Part shown: positions 54,424 through 64,000 of the stretch, piece after piece
Layout of the letters: every line of letters starts with the position of its first letter
Numbering within the stretch: the stretch's first letter is position 1
Origin: Bacteroidota bacterium
Lineage (GTDB): Bacteria; Bacteroidota; Bacteroidia; 2-12-FULL-35-15
NCBI GenBank assembly: GCA_005772895.1
Contig: SXIH01000040.1
Coordinates: 477 to 64,476 of the forward strand
Direction: 5' to 3'
Length of the DNA: 64,000 nucleotides
Translations under genes and position numbers: made by a program
The notes under the pieces: generated by a model
Databases searched by the model: none
Told to the model about the DNA's origin: nothing
The model's input: the letters and a program-made list of their open reading frames with translations, nothing else

Positions 54424-55287
54424 TTATCTGCGCTTAAATAAATTCGTCAATGGCGGAATGTACGACTCCTCTGTATTAATATTTGCAGTATCTACACCGC
54501 TTTTGTTAAATGCATCTTTCAAGAAGGCTTCTCGTTTTTTAGCGTTCACAATAAATTGTGTTCTTACATTTTTATCAGAAGTATCTACCCATTTTAATTT
54601 TCCTGTTTCTGCATCAACAAGTTTTAATAATCCTACATTTGGTAATTCTTGTTCACGTTTATCATAAATTCTTAAAGCAACCAAATCGTGTTTTTTGTTG
54701 GCAATTTTTAATGCATCACTGAAGTTGGAATCCATAAAATCAGAAATCACAAAAGCGATACTTCTCTTTTTGATAACTCCAGTCAGATATTTTAATGCTA
54801 ATTCTATGTTTGTCTTTTTGTGTTCCGGTTTGAATTCAATCAAATCACGTATGATTCGCAATACGTGTGTTTTTCCTTTTTTAGGAGGAATAAATTTTTC
54901 AATTTTATCAGTGAAAAAGATAATTCCGATTTTATCATTATTTTGGATAGAGGAGAAGGCAAGTACTGCACACAATTCGGTAATTAAATCTTGCTTAAGC
55001 TGCTTACGTGTTCCAAATTCTCCAGAAGCACTCACATCCACCAAAAGCATTACCGTCATTTCACGTTCTTCTTCAAATACTTTTACAAATGTAGAATTGA
55101 ATCGGGCAGTAACATTCCAATCAATTGAACGAATATCATCACCCGGTTGGTATTCACGGACTTCAGAAAAAGTCATACCGCGACCTTTAAAAGCACTGTG
55201 ATATTCTCCCGAAAAAATTTGGTTGGAGAGACCACGTGTTTTTATTTCAATCTTTCTTACTTTTTTTAGTAACTCGCTTGTTTCCAC
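54424..55287 (-). CDS. DUF58 protein
   Basis: G.Y.S.FKGRG..F.EVREY..GDDIR.IDWNVTAR, EEERE, ISDF. GTG start. Confidence 0.95.
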   Translation of the reverse strand: METSELLKKVRKIEIKTRGLSNQIFSGEYHSAFKGRGMTFSEVREYQPGDDIRSIDWNVTARFNSTFVKVFEEEREMTVMLLVDVSASGEFGTRKQLKQDLITELCAVLAFSSIQNNDKIGIIFFTDKIEKFIPPKKGKTHVLRIIRDLIEFKPEHKKTNIELALKYLTGVIKKRSIAFVISDFMDSNFSDALKIANKKHDLVALRIYDKREQELPNVGLLKLVDAETGKLKWVDTSDKNVRTQFIVNAKKREAFLKDAFNKSGVDTANINTEESYIPPLTNLFKRR

Positions 55288-55313
55288 TTTCAGTAAAAAG
55301 TTTTCTAATAATG

Positions 55314-55337
55314 CCCTTCGACTACGCTCAGGGTGAC
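55314..55337 (+). repeat. REP-like palindrome
   Basis: CCCTTCGACTACGCTCAGGGTGAC, near-identical to 62173-62196. Confidence 0.8.
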
Positions 55338-55421
55338 GTACATATTAGGATTTGACTTTGAAATTTTTAGAACCTTATTAAACACAGATTCGTAAATTCG
55401 TTTTGATTCGTTATCCGTAAC

Positions 55422-56408
55422 CTAAGGGACTTCGACAGTATTCAAGATCTCATTAATAATCATTTCGGTAGTGATGTTTTCTGCTTCTGCTTCGTAGGTT
55501 AATCCAATTCGGTGGCGCAATACATCGTTACAGATTGCGCGAACATCTTCAGGAATGACATAGCCTCTACGCTTAATAAATGCGTATGCTTTTGCAGCCA
55601 TTGCTAAATTGATACTTGCACGTGGAGAACCACCAAAGCTTATTAATCCGGCAAACTTGTTTAATTTATATTCAGCAGGGAATCTTGTTGCGAAAACAAT
55701 GTCTACAATATATTTCTCAATTTTTTCATCCATGTAAACATCTTTCACCACTTTACGTGCTGTTAAAATATCTTCAGGCTTTAAAATCGGATTTACTGCC
55801 GGATATTCATTTGCTAAATTGTGACGGATAATTTTTCGTTCATCCTCTTTTGAAGGATAACCAATTACCACTTTCAACATGAAACGATCTACTTGTGCTT
55901 CCGGTAAAGGATATGTTCCTTCTTGTTCGATTGGGTTTTGAGTAGCTAATACTAAAAACGGATTTGGTAATTTGAATGTTTGCTCACCAATGGTTACTTG
56001 TTTTTCTTGCATGGCTTCTAGTAAAGCACTCTGCACTTTTGCCGGAGCACGGTTAATCTCATCGGCTAAAATAAAGTTTGCGAAAATCGGACCTTTCTTT
56101 ACAGAAAATTCTTCCTTTTTCTGACTATATATCATTGTTCCAACTAAATCGGCTGGAAGCAAATCGGGAGTAAACTGGATGCGGTTAAATTCTGCATGTA
56201 TTGTACTTGCCAATGATTTTATGGCTAAGGTTTTTGCTAATCCCGGAACACCTTCCAAAAGTATGTGTCCGTTTGATAGAAGTCCGATTAATAAACGTTC
56301 AACCATGTGTTTTTGTCCTACAATTACTTTGTCCATTTCCATGGTAAGTAAGTCAACAAAGGCACTTTCCTTTTGAATGCGCTCATTTAATTCTTTAATA
56401 TCCGTCAT
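55422..56408 (-). CDS. moxR: MoxR-family AAA+ ATPase
   Basis: GVPGLAKT, RIQFTPDLLPAD, DEINRAPAKVQSALLE, ATQNP.E.EGTYPLPEAQ.DRF. Confidence 0.97.
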   Translation of the reverse strand: MTDIKELNERIQKESAFVDLLTMEMDKVIVGQKHMVERLLIGLLSNGHILLEGVPGLAKTLAIKSLASTIHAEFNRIQFTPDLLPADLVGTMIYSQKKEEFSVKKGPIFANFILADEINRAPAKVQSALLEAMQEKQVTIGEQTFKLPNPFLVLATQNPIEQEGTYPLPEAQVDRFMLKVVIGYPSKEDERKIIRHNLANEYPAVNPILKPEDILTARKVVKDVYMDEKIEKYIVDIVFATRFPAEYKLNKFAGLISFGGSPRASINLAMAAKAYAFIKRRGYVIPEDVRAICNDVLRHRIGLTYEAEAENITTEMIINEILNTVEVP

Positions 56409-56531
56409 TTGTTTGATTTTTTATTCCCGCCAGAGCGGAATTGTTTAGCATTTTTTTGTTCAGACAAAATTAATACAATGCCTTGCTAATAGGTGTTTCA
56501 GGCTGTTAAAAATTGTTAAAGCAACTCATGT

Positions 56532-56770
56532 GATAGGAACGCAGATCTTTATGATTATTATGATAAAAAATGATTTTTTTAAAGGCTAAATAGTAGGATA
56601 AATTATGTTGAAAAGATATATGTCTCTGTGGAAGAAGCTTGCTTCTCTATGTAAATACACAGTATAAAAAACTATGTGTCTATGTGTTTAAATTTTTTTA
56701 CGCTACGAATTGGGAATTAGGATAGGAACGCAGATTATTATGATGGTTATGATAAAAAATGTTTTTTTTT
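56532..56770 (+). repeat. Pair of ~49-bp direct repeats in the moxR-truA intergenic region
   Basis: GATAGGAACGCAGAT..TTATGAT..TTATGATAAAAAATG at 56532 and 56721. Confidence 0.75.
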
Positions 56771-56880
56771 ATTTGCTGGATGTTTTTATGATTTATTGCC
56801 TTTGGCAATTTGATAGATGCTTGTTGTGTGTTATTTCGATTAGAGACAGAAGCTTTTTAAGTGTTAAATTCCTTACATTT

Positions 56881-56908
56881 GTCGTCCCTCGACTACGCTC
56901 GGGATGAC
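56881..56908 (+). repeat. REP-like palindrome
   Basis: GTCGTCCCTCGACTACGCTCGGGATGAC. Confidence 0.75.
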
Positions 56909-56924
56909 AAATTCGGATATGTTA

Positions 56925-57689
56925 ATGAAACGTTATTTCATTCAGCTTTCATACAACGGAACAGCTTACCACGGTTGGCAAGTCCAGGAGAATACGCTTT
57001 TGACTATTCAGCAGGTTATTAATGAAATGCTTTCTAAATTGTTAAATGAAGGTGTAACAGTAATGGGTTGTGGAAGAACGGATACAGGAGTTCATGCAAC
57101 TGATTATTATGCACATTTTGATACTTCAGTTGATTTGCTTGCTGATGAAGCTAAATGGATTTTTAAATTCAATCATGCATTGCCAGCTGATATTGCGATT
57201 CATAAAATACTGAAAGTAAAAGAAAATGCAAATGCTCGTTTTGATGCTGTTGCCAGAACGTATCAATATGTTATAAATAAGAAGAAAGACCCGTTTAGAA
57301 TTGCCGCTTCTTGTTTTATTTATGGCGATTTGAATGTGGATGAAATGAACAAAGCATGTAAAGTGTTATTTGACTACTCCGATTTTTCTGCATTTGCTAA
57401 AAGTAATACTCAAACAGGTTCCAATATTTGTAAATTGTATAAAGCGGAATGGAGACAGGAAAATGATTTGTTGATATTCACTATTTCTGCCGATAGATTT
57501 TTAAGAAACATGGTGAGAGCAATTGTTGGAACAATGTTGGAAATTGGAAAAGGAAAAAAAACGATTGAAGAGTTTAAAGAAGTTATTGAAAGTAAGAATC
57601 GTTCAAATGCCGGACTATCAGCTCATGCCTGCGGTTTGTATTTAATAAAAGTAGATTACCCCAAAGATTATTTTAATCAACTAGAATGA
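56925..57689 (+). CDS. truA: tRNA pseudouridine(38-40) synthase
   Basis: Y.GT.YHGWQ.Q, GCGRTDTGVHA, ARFDA..RTY.Y, DRFLRNMVRAIVG. Start moved from 56904, which lies in the REP. Confidence 0.97.
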   Translation: MKRYFIQLSYNGTAYHGWQVQENTLLTIQQVINEMLSKLLNEGVTVMGCGRTDTGVHATDYYAHFDTSVDLLADEAKWIFKFNHALPADIAIHKILKVKENANARFDAVARTYQYVINKKKDPFRIAASCFIYGDLNVDEMNKACKVLFDYSDFSAFAKSNTQTGSNICKLYKAEWRQENDLLIFTISADRFLRNMVRAIVGTMLEIGKGKKTIEEFKEVIESKNRSNAGLSAHACGLYLIKVDYPKDYFNQLE

Positions 57690-59521
57690 GCGTAGAAAAG
57701 AAAAAAACGATTGTTGGAAGAGCGGTTGACATTGCCATTCTGAAAAGGATATTTACTTATGTAAAACCTTACAGGAAAAATTTTGCCTTGGCTGTTTGCA
57801 CAACTATTTTTCTTGCGTTTCTATCTCCGGTACGACCAATATTAATTCAATACACTTTAGATAAGTTTGTTTTCGCTTCTCCCAAGATTTCAATTGTCCA
57901 AACTTTTTTTGATAAGTTCATAAGTGTTGGAAATAATTCCAATATGGAAATGTTGTTTATCATGACAATGGTGCTAATCACTTTGCTTATTTCTGAAGCA
58001 GTGATGCAATTTTCCGATTCGTATTTAACAAACAGTCTTGGACAAAAAGTGATTAAAGACATACGTGTTCAACTATATAAGCACATTGTTAACATGAGAT
58101 TAAAATATTACGACAAAAATCCGATTGGAATGTTGGTGACACGTGCAGTTTCCGATATAGAAGTAATTGCAGATATTTTTTCAAATGGATTGATTGTAAT
58201 CATAGGTGATATTTTAAAAATTGTGGTGATTGTAATAGTAATGTTTGTCATCAATGTGGAACTTACATTAATTGTTTTAACTACTATTCCTCTTTTATTA
58301 ATTGCAACCTATATATTTAAAAAATCTGTGCAACGTTCGTTTCAGGAAGTGAGAACACAAGTTGCACGATTAAATTCATTTGTGCAGGAACATATTACAG
58401 GGATGAATATTATTCAGATTTTTAACCGTGAAAAAGCTGAATACAAAAAATTTGATGAGATAAATGCAAAACACAGAAATGCAAATGTGGATTCCATTAT
58501 GGCATATTCTATTTTCTTTCCCGTTGTCGAAATTCTTTCATCCTTAGCGCTTGCATTAATTGTTTGGTGGGGCGGAAAAGGAGTTTTGCAAGGACATACA
58601 ACAATTGGACAATTAATGTCCTTCATTTTGTTTTTGAACATGATGTTCCGTCCGATCCGTCAGTTAGCTGATCGTTTTAATACTTTGCAAATGGGAATGG
58701 TTTCTTCTGAAAGGGTTTTAAAAGTTTTAGATACACTTGAAATAATAGAAAACAAAGGAACAAAACAGGCGACCAATATTCAAGGAAATGTAGAATTTAA
58801 AGATGTATGGTTTGCTTACAACGAAGAAGATTGGATAATCAAAAATATTTCCTTTTCTGTAAAAAGCGGTGAGACAGTTGCATTGGTTGGTGCAACGGGA
58901 GCAGGAAAATCTTCTATTATTAATTTGCTGAACCGCTTTTATGAATACAACAAAGGCACCATTGCAATTGACGGAACAGATGTCAGAGATTATGAATTAA
59001 CCTCGCTGAGAAAAAATATTGGAGTTGTGTTGCAGGATGTGTTTTTATTTTCGGATACGATTGCAAATAATATTTCATTGAATAATCCGGACATTACCCG
59101 TGAACAAATTATAGCTGCATCTAAAATGGTAGGAGCACATGAGTTTATAAGTAAACTACCAAATACTTATGATTACAATGCTATGGAAAGAGGAGGAATG
59201 TTATCTGTCGGACAACGACAATTGATTTCTTTCATCAGAGCATACGTTTACAATCCTAAGATTTTAGTTTTAGATGAAGCAACATCTTCTATTGATACCG
59301 AATCAGAAAAACTTATTCAAAATGCCATTGATATTCTAACAAAAGGAAGAACCTCTATTGTAATTGCACACCGATTAGCAACCATTCAAAAAGCAGATAA
59401 AATTATTGTGATGGACAAAGGTGAAATCATTGAAATGGGTAATCACCAGGAATTGCTGAAGAAAAATGGTCAATATAAACGTTTGTTTGAATTACAGTTT
59501 AAGGAAGAGGGAGTGGTTTAG
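57686..59521 (+). CDS. ABC exporter, fused permease/ATPase (MsbA-like)
   Basis: TM domain, GATGAGKS, LSVGQRQL, LVLDEATSS, IAHRL. Confidence 0.95.
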   Translation: MSVEKKKTIVGRAVDIAILKRIFTYVKPYRKNFALAVCTTIFLAFLSPVRPILIQYTLDKFVFASPKISIVQTFFDKFISVGNNSNMEMLFIMTMVLITLLISEAVMQFSDSYLTNSLGQKVIKDIRVQLYKHIVNMRLKYYDKNPIGMLVTRAVSDIEVIADIFSNGLIVIIGDILKIVVIVIVMFVINVELTLIVLTTIPLLLIATYIFKKSVQRSFQEVRTQVARLNSFVQEHITGMNIIQIFNREKAEYKKFDEINAKHRNANVDSIMAYSIFFPVVEILSSLALALIVWWGGKGVLQGHTTIGQLMSFILFLNMMFRPIRQLADRFNTLQMGMVSSERVLKVLDTLEIIENKGTKQATNIQGNVEFKDVWFAYNEEDWIIKNISFSVKSGETVALVGATGAGKSSIINLLNRFYEYNKGTIAIDGTDVRDYELTSLRKNIGVVLQDVFLFSDTIANNISLNNPDITREQIIAASKMVGAHEFISKLPNTYDYNAMERGGMLSVGQRQLISFIRAYVYNPKILVLDEATSSIDTESEKLIQNAIDILTKGRTSIVIAHRLATIQKADKIIVMDKGEIIEMGNHQELLKKNGQYKRLFELQFKEEGVV

Positions 59522-59541
59522 TAGCAATCTTACTTCTAAGA

Positions 59542-60021
59542 TCATTGTTTGAATTTTATAAAATATTCTTTCCCGCCATAATTCGTTTTTAACCACAACT
59601 CCTTCTCCTTTAATCGCATAATATCCCATGTAATATCTTCTGCTCCATATGGGCCAATAGAAAAATTAATGGGCGGATTCAAACTAACTTGATGAATATA
59701 AATATCATTTTTACCATTTTTAAATTCCCAATAACCAAATGTTTTATAATCATTATTATTTGAGAGGTAAGAAAATGTACATCTTCCATGAGAATCTTCT
59801 GTTTTGTAAAAACCAATTTTTCCAAAATATTGAAGAGACCTAACATAGCTTGTTGAATCATATCCATTTATACCAAAGTAATCTACTTCCCATTCTCCAA
59901 CCAATCTATGCTTTTTTGTATAAATGCTAGCTACTGGACCATCAGGATATTTTTTACATCCCAAAAGAAAAAGAAAACTTAAGACAGAGAGAATTAATGA
60001 TATTCTAATTAATAACTTCAT
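59542..60021 (-). CDS. Hypothetical lipoprotein (lipocalin-like)
   Basis: Lipobox FLLG-C, CKKYPDGP...RL.GEW, W.I.RL...ELWL. Confidence 0.7.
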   Translation of the reverse strand: MKLLIRISLILSVLSFLFLLGCKKYPDGPVASIYTKKHRLVGEWEVDYFGINGYDSTSYVRSLQYFGKIGFYKTEDSHGRCTFSYLSNNNDYKTFGYWEFKNGKNDIYIHQVSLNPPINFSIGPYGAEDITWDIMRLKEKELWLKTNYGGKEYFIKFKQ

Positions 60022-60068
60022 ATGCTAATATAGCAATAATTATTTTAAGATTTGCTTTTTAATAGTGA

Positions 60069-60094
60069 GAGATTACTTCGTTCCTCGTAATGAG
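60069..60094 (+). repeat. REP-like palindrome (third class)
   Basis: GAGATTAC-TTCGTTCCTC-GTAATGAG with ATTAC/GTAAT stem, downstream of uvrA. Confidence 0.5.
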
Positions 60095-60105
60095 GCTCCG
60101 CAAGT

Positions 60106-63003
60106 TTACACCGATTTCAAAACACTCAACTTCTCCTTCAAATAAGCTCCGGTATAAGAACCTTTGCATTTTATTAAATTCTCCGGTACACCTTCAAACA
60201 CAATATTTCCTCCGGCAGTTCCACCTTCTGGACCTAAGTCAATAATCCAATCCGCACATTTAATTATTTCTGCGTTGTGTTCAATGATGATGAGTGAATG
60301 TCCTTGTTTTATTAATGCATTGAATGCATAAAGTAGTTTGGAGATATCATGAAAATGCAGTCCTGTTGTTGGTTCATCAAAAATGAAGAGAGTAGGAGTG
60401 TTGCTGTTTTGTCCTATTCCTAAAAAGGATGCTAATTTAATTCTCTGTGCTTCTCCGCCACTCAATGTGCTACTTGGTTGTCCTAAATGCACATAACCCA
60501 AACCAACATCAGAAAGTGGTTGTAATTTTTGCACAATCTTTTTTTCTGTATTGGTTGGTCGCTGTGGTAAACTGAAAAAATCAATTGCATCATCTACGGT
60601 CATGTTTAAAATATCAGAAATGTTTTTTTCTTGGTATTGAATTTCTAAAATATCTTGTTTAAAACGATTTCCATTACATGATTCACAAACCAAATGAATA
60701 TCCGCCATGAATTGCATTTCTACAGTTACTTCACCTTCGCCTTCGCAGACTTCACATCTTCCTCCATCTACGTTAAATGAAAAGTGTGATGGTTTGTATC
60801 CTCTGTTTTTTGCTAATTGCTGGTCGGCAAACAATGCACGGATTTCATCGTATGCTTTTACATAGGTTACAGGATTAGAACGTGACGATTTTCCAATTGG
60901 ATTTTGGTCAATCATTTCTACGGCTCCAATGTTTCTATAATCTCCGTTTAGTTTTTCGAATGTTCCAGTTGCTTCACCAAATCCTCCGTGAATTTTTTTC
61001 AAGGCAGGATATAAAACTCTTTTTACCAAAGATGTTTTTCCGGAACCACTCACACCTGTAACAACGCACATTACATTTAATGGAAATTTTGCTGTTACAC
61101 CTTTTAAATTATTTTCTCTTACACCAGTGAGTTCAATAAATTGATTCCAATTTCTTCTTGACGAAGGAACAGGAATACTTTCTTTTCCTGTTAAGTATAA
61201 TGCAGTTAAACTTCTTTCTTCGTTTGCTAATTCTTTATGCGTTCCCTGGAAAACTAATTCGCCACCATGTGTTCCGGCATGCGGACCAATATCAATCAAC
61301 TGATCGGCAGCACGCATAATTTCTTCATCGTGTTCAACTACAATAACAGTGTTTCCAATATCTCTTAAAGAATTTAAAACTTTAATTAGTCGCTCCGTAT
61401 CGCGGGAGTGCAAACCAATACTTGGCTCATCCAAAATATACATGGAACCAACCAAACTGCTTCCTAAAGAAGTCGCCAAGTTAATTCTTTGTGATTCTCC
61501 GCCTGATAAAGTATTTGATAAACGATTCAATGTTAAATATCCCAATCCAACATCATCTAAAAATTGCAAACGATTTTTTATTTCAACTAAAATTCGTTTC
61601 GCCACTTCTGTTTCGTAAGTGGTTAATTTTATTTTCGAAAAGAATTCCAATGAATCTTTGATAGGCATCAATACCACATCATTGATAGAATGATCAGCTA
61701 CTTTTACATATGTTGCATCCTTGCGGAGACGTGTGCCTTGACAATCCGGACAAACGGTTTTTCCTCTGTAGCGGGAAAGCATTACACGGTATTGAATTTT
61801 GTAAGCTTGTGCTTCCAGATGTTTAAAGAATTCGGTTAATCCTTGGAAATATTTATTACCAGTCCACAGTAATTTTTTTTCTTTAGCTGTTAAATCATAA
61901 AACGCACGGTGAATCGGGAAATCAAATTTGTGCGAATTGTTAACTAAAACATTTTTCCATTCACTCATTTTATCACCTTTCCAGCAAACAATTGCATCTT
62001 CAAAAACAGAAAGATTTTTATTCGGAATAACTAAATCTTCATCAATACCAATAACACTTCCAAAACCTTCACAAAGTTTACAAGCACCTATCGGATTGTT
62101 GAAACTGAAGAAGTCGGTTGTAGGCTCTTCGAAGGTTAGTCCATCTAATTCAAACTTGTTTGAAAATTGACGCCCTTCGACTCCGCTCAGGGTGACGTTG
62201 GATTTAGGATTTTTAGATTTAGGATTTAGGATTTTGGGTTCTTCGCCCATTATTTGAATAGAGCAATCTCCAGCACCTTCGTAGAAAGCAGTTTGTACCG
62301 AATCGGAAATACGATTTTCGTTGTCTTCATCATCCGGGCGAACTGTTAAACGATCTACTACAATATAGATCTGTTCTTTTTCCGAAAATTTTTTGGAAAT
62401 GAAATCTTCTATTTTAGCAACTTCTCCGTTTTGTTGAATACGGGTAAAACCTTGCTGTGCTAAAAGTTCTAATTGCTTTTTGAAAGTTTTATCAGTTTGT
62501 TTTTTTATAGGTGACAGAACTAAAATTTTTGTTTCAGGAGTCAATGAGTTGATGTATTTAGAAACATCATCAACCGTATCACGCTTCACCTGATTTCCGG
62601 AAAGGGGCGACATGGTTCTGCCAATACGAGCAAACAATAATTTTAAGTAATCATAAATTTCGGTAGAAGTCCCAACTGTGGAACGCGGATTCCGTGAATT
62701 TACTTTTTGCTCAATGGCAATTGCAGGAGAAATACCTTTAATATAGTCGACTTCGGGTTTATCAATTCTACCTAAAAACTGACGTGCATAGGAGGACAGA
62801 CTTTCAACATATCGTCTTTGTCCTTCCGCATATAAAGTGTCAAAAGCCAAAGAAGATTTTCCTGAACCTGATAGTCCGGTAATAACAACCAGTTTATTGC
62901 GCGGAATGGCTACATCAATATTTTTAAGATTGTGAACGCGGGCACCTTTAATAAGGATATATTCTTTGGAATTGAGTTCTTCTATGTTTTTAGGCTTAGC
63001 CAT
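60106..63003 (-). CDS. uvrA: Excinuclease ABC subunit A
   Basis: [54 protein letters not shown]. Confidence 0.98.
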   Translation of the reverse strand: MAKPKNIEELNSKEYILIKGARVHNLKNIDVAIPRNKLVVITGLSGSGKSSLAFDTLYAEGQRRYVESLSSYARQFLGRIDKPEVDYIKGISPAIAIEQKVNSRNPRSTVGTSTEIYDYLKLLFARIGRTMSPLSGNQVKRDTVDDVSKYINSLTPETKILVLSPIKKQTDKTFKKQLELLAQQGFTRIQQNGEVAKIEDFISKKFSEKEQIYIVVDRLTVRPDDEDNENRISDSVQTAFYEGAGDCSIQIMGEEPKILNPKSKNPKSNVTLSGVEGRQFSNKFELDGLTFEEPTTDFFSFNNPIGACKLCEGFGSVIGIDEDLVIPNKNLSVFEDAIVCWKGDKMSEWKNVLVNNSHKFDFPIHRAFYDLTAKEKKLLWTGNKYFQGLTEFFKHLEAQAYKIQYRVMLSRYRGKTVCPDCQGTRLRKDATYVKVADHSINDVVLMPIKDSLEFFSKIKLTTYETEVAKRILVEIKNRLQFLDDVGLGYLTLNRLSNTLSGGESQRINLATSLGSSLVGSMYILDEPSIGLHSRDTERLIKVLNSLRDIGNTVIVVEHDEEIMRAADQLIDIGPHAGTHGGELVFQGTHKELANEERSLTALYLTGKESIPVPSSRRNWNQFIELTGVRENNLKGVTAKFPLNVMCVVTGVSGSGKTSLVKRVLYPALKKIHGGFGEATGTFEKLNGDYRNIGAVEMIDQNPIGKSSRSNPVTYVKAYDEIRALFADQQLAKNRGYKPSHFSFNVDGGRCEVCEGEGEVTVEMQFMADIHLVCESCNGNRFKQDILEIQYQEKNISDILNMTVDDAIDFFSLPQRPTNTEKKIVQKLQPLSDVGLGYVHLGQPSSTLSGGEAQRIKLASFLGIGQNSNTPTLFIFDEPTTGLHFHDISKLLYAFNALIKQGHSLIIIEHNAEIIKCADWIIDLGPEGGTAGGNIVFEGVPENLIKCKGSYTGAYLKEKLSVLKSV
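62173..62236 (+). repeat. REP + heptamer repeats inserted in frame within uvrA
   Basis: CCCTTCGACTCCGCTCAGGGTGAC followed by GATTTAG-like units. Encodes [22 protein letters not shown] on the minus strand. Confidence 0.8.
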
Positions 63004-63311
63004 TAATGCTGTAAAATGTTAAATTTTGAAAAAATCACCTCAAAATTCGGGGTATTTATCTCAAAGGCCTGCAAAATTAATCAATTCTGTTTTGTTTTTA
63101 GGGATATGTGATGTATATTTGTTAAAGCAAAAGAAATTATTTTCAGGTTCACGCAACATTTGAATAATTTCTGCGTTAAACTCAACATATTTCAATTTAT
63201 TATTCACCCAAGGCGATTTAGCAAAATTTGTGAAAGCCTTTAAAAACTGAAGAAACATAAGGAAACCTCTACTTTTTTATATTAAGTTTTACATAAAAAA
63301 AAGGAGGACCT

Positions 63312-63914
63312 ATGGCAATTCAACAGTTTGTAGACGACCAAGAGCTCGTTAATCAGTACATCAAGGGTGATGAATCAGCACTATCTACCTTAATCACACG
63401 CCACAAACGTAGAATTTTCAGCTACATTATGTTAACTGTTAAAGACAGAGCATTGGCTGAAGACGTATTCCAAGACACCTTTATTAAAGTGATCAACACC
63501 TTGAAAAAAGGACACTATAATGAAGAAGGTAAGTTTTTACCTTGGGTACTCCGTATTTCCCACAACCTTATTATTGATACATTCAGACGTGATAAGCGTA
63601 TGCCGACAATCAGCGGTGGAACTAATGATGAGGGCGAAGAGTTCGACATTTTTAGTGTGTTGGGAGTTTATGATAAAACTGCTGAAGATGAAATTATTCA
63701 GACACAAGTTCGAAAAGACATCCGTAAACTGGTAGAAGCTTTACCTGCAGAACAAAGAGAAGTGTTAATGATGCGTCATTACTATGATATGAGCTTTAAA
63801 GAAATATCAGAACAAACCAATGTGAGTATTAATACTGCTTTGGGACGAATGAGATACGCTTTAATTAATCTCCGTAAGATGATAGAGGAGAAGGAGTTGA
63901 TAATAAGTCTTTAG
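63312..63914 (+). CDS. ECF sigma-70 factor
   Basis: LAEDVFQDTF.K.I, Y.E.GKFLPW..RI.HN, SFKEI...T.VSINTALGRMRYAL.NLR. Confidence 0.95.
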   Translation: MAIQQFVDDQELVNQYIKGDESALSTLITRHKRRIFSYIMLTVKDRALAEDVFQDTFIKVINTLKKGHYNEEGKFLPWVLRISHNLIIDTFRRDKRMPTISGGTNDEGEEFDIFSVLGVYDKTAEDEIIQTQVRKDIRKLVEALPAEQREVLMMRHYYDMSFKEISEQTNVSINTALGRMRYALINLRKMIEEKELIISL

Positions 63915-63940
63915 TTAATTGGGTTAATTAAGTTATTTAG

Positions 63941-63971
63941 AAGGGTTGTTTCGAAAGAAATGACCCTTTTT
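63941..63971 (+). terminator. Intrinsic terminator
   Basis: AAGGGTTGTTTC-GAAA-GAAATGACCCTT followed by T run. Confidence 0.75.
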
Positions 63972-64000
63972 ATTTACTAAGATGCTTATTAGAACTGTCA

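Noticed and set aside
47830-56408. moxR-DUF58-batABCDE as a novel system
   Set aside because: It is a well-known conserved Bacteroidota operon in standard order.

Overview
AT-rich Bacteroidota (Flavobacteriales/Sphingobacteriales-like) chromosomal window in two parts. (1) Positions 1 to about 31,160 look like an integrative genomic island. It begins inside a tyrosine integrase and appears to end at a short tRNA-Pro-like 3' fragment (candidate attR) about 80 bp before an intact tRNA-Arg(TCT). It carries a LytS/LytTR pair, two ECF sigma modules, a dense array of type IX secretion (T9SS) cargo genes including an iodothyronine-deiodinase-like protein, an RteC/excisionase/replication-initiator/ATPase core, a candidate defence operon (DUF4062, AlbA_2-HATPase-wHTH, VCH_CASS14-like), a mer-like metal cluster lacking merA, and a terminal phage-like module with two adjacent ORFs carrying HU C- and N-terminal motifs in reversed order. 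No relaxase, T4SS, terminase or recognisable capsid was seen. (2) Positions 31,239 to 64,000 are ordinary core genome: tRNA-Arg, oppABC-like, OmpA/PD40 protein, mpl, rho, a large T9SS type B (CHU_C) adhesin-like protein, the moxR-DUF58-batABCDE operon, truA, an ABC exporter, uvrA and an ECF sigma. Several REP-like palindromes are dispersed through the window, three of them inside coding frames. All family assignments come from motif recognition by eye; no database searches were run.
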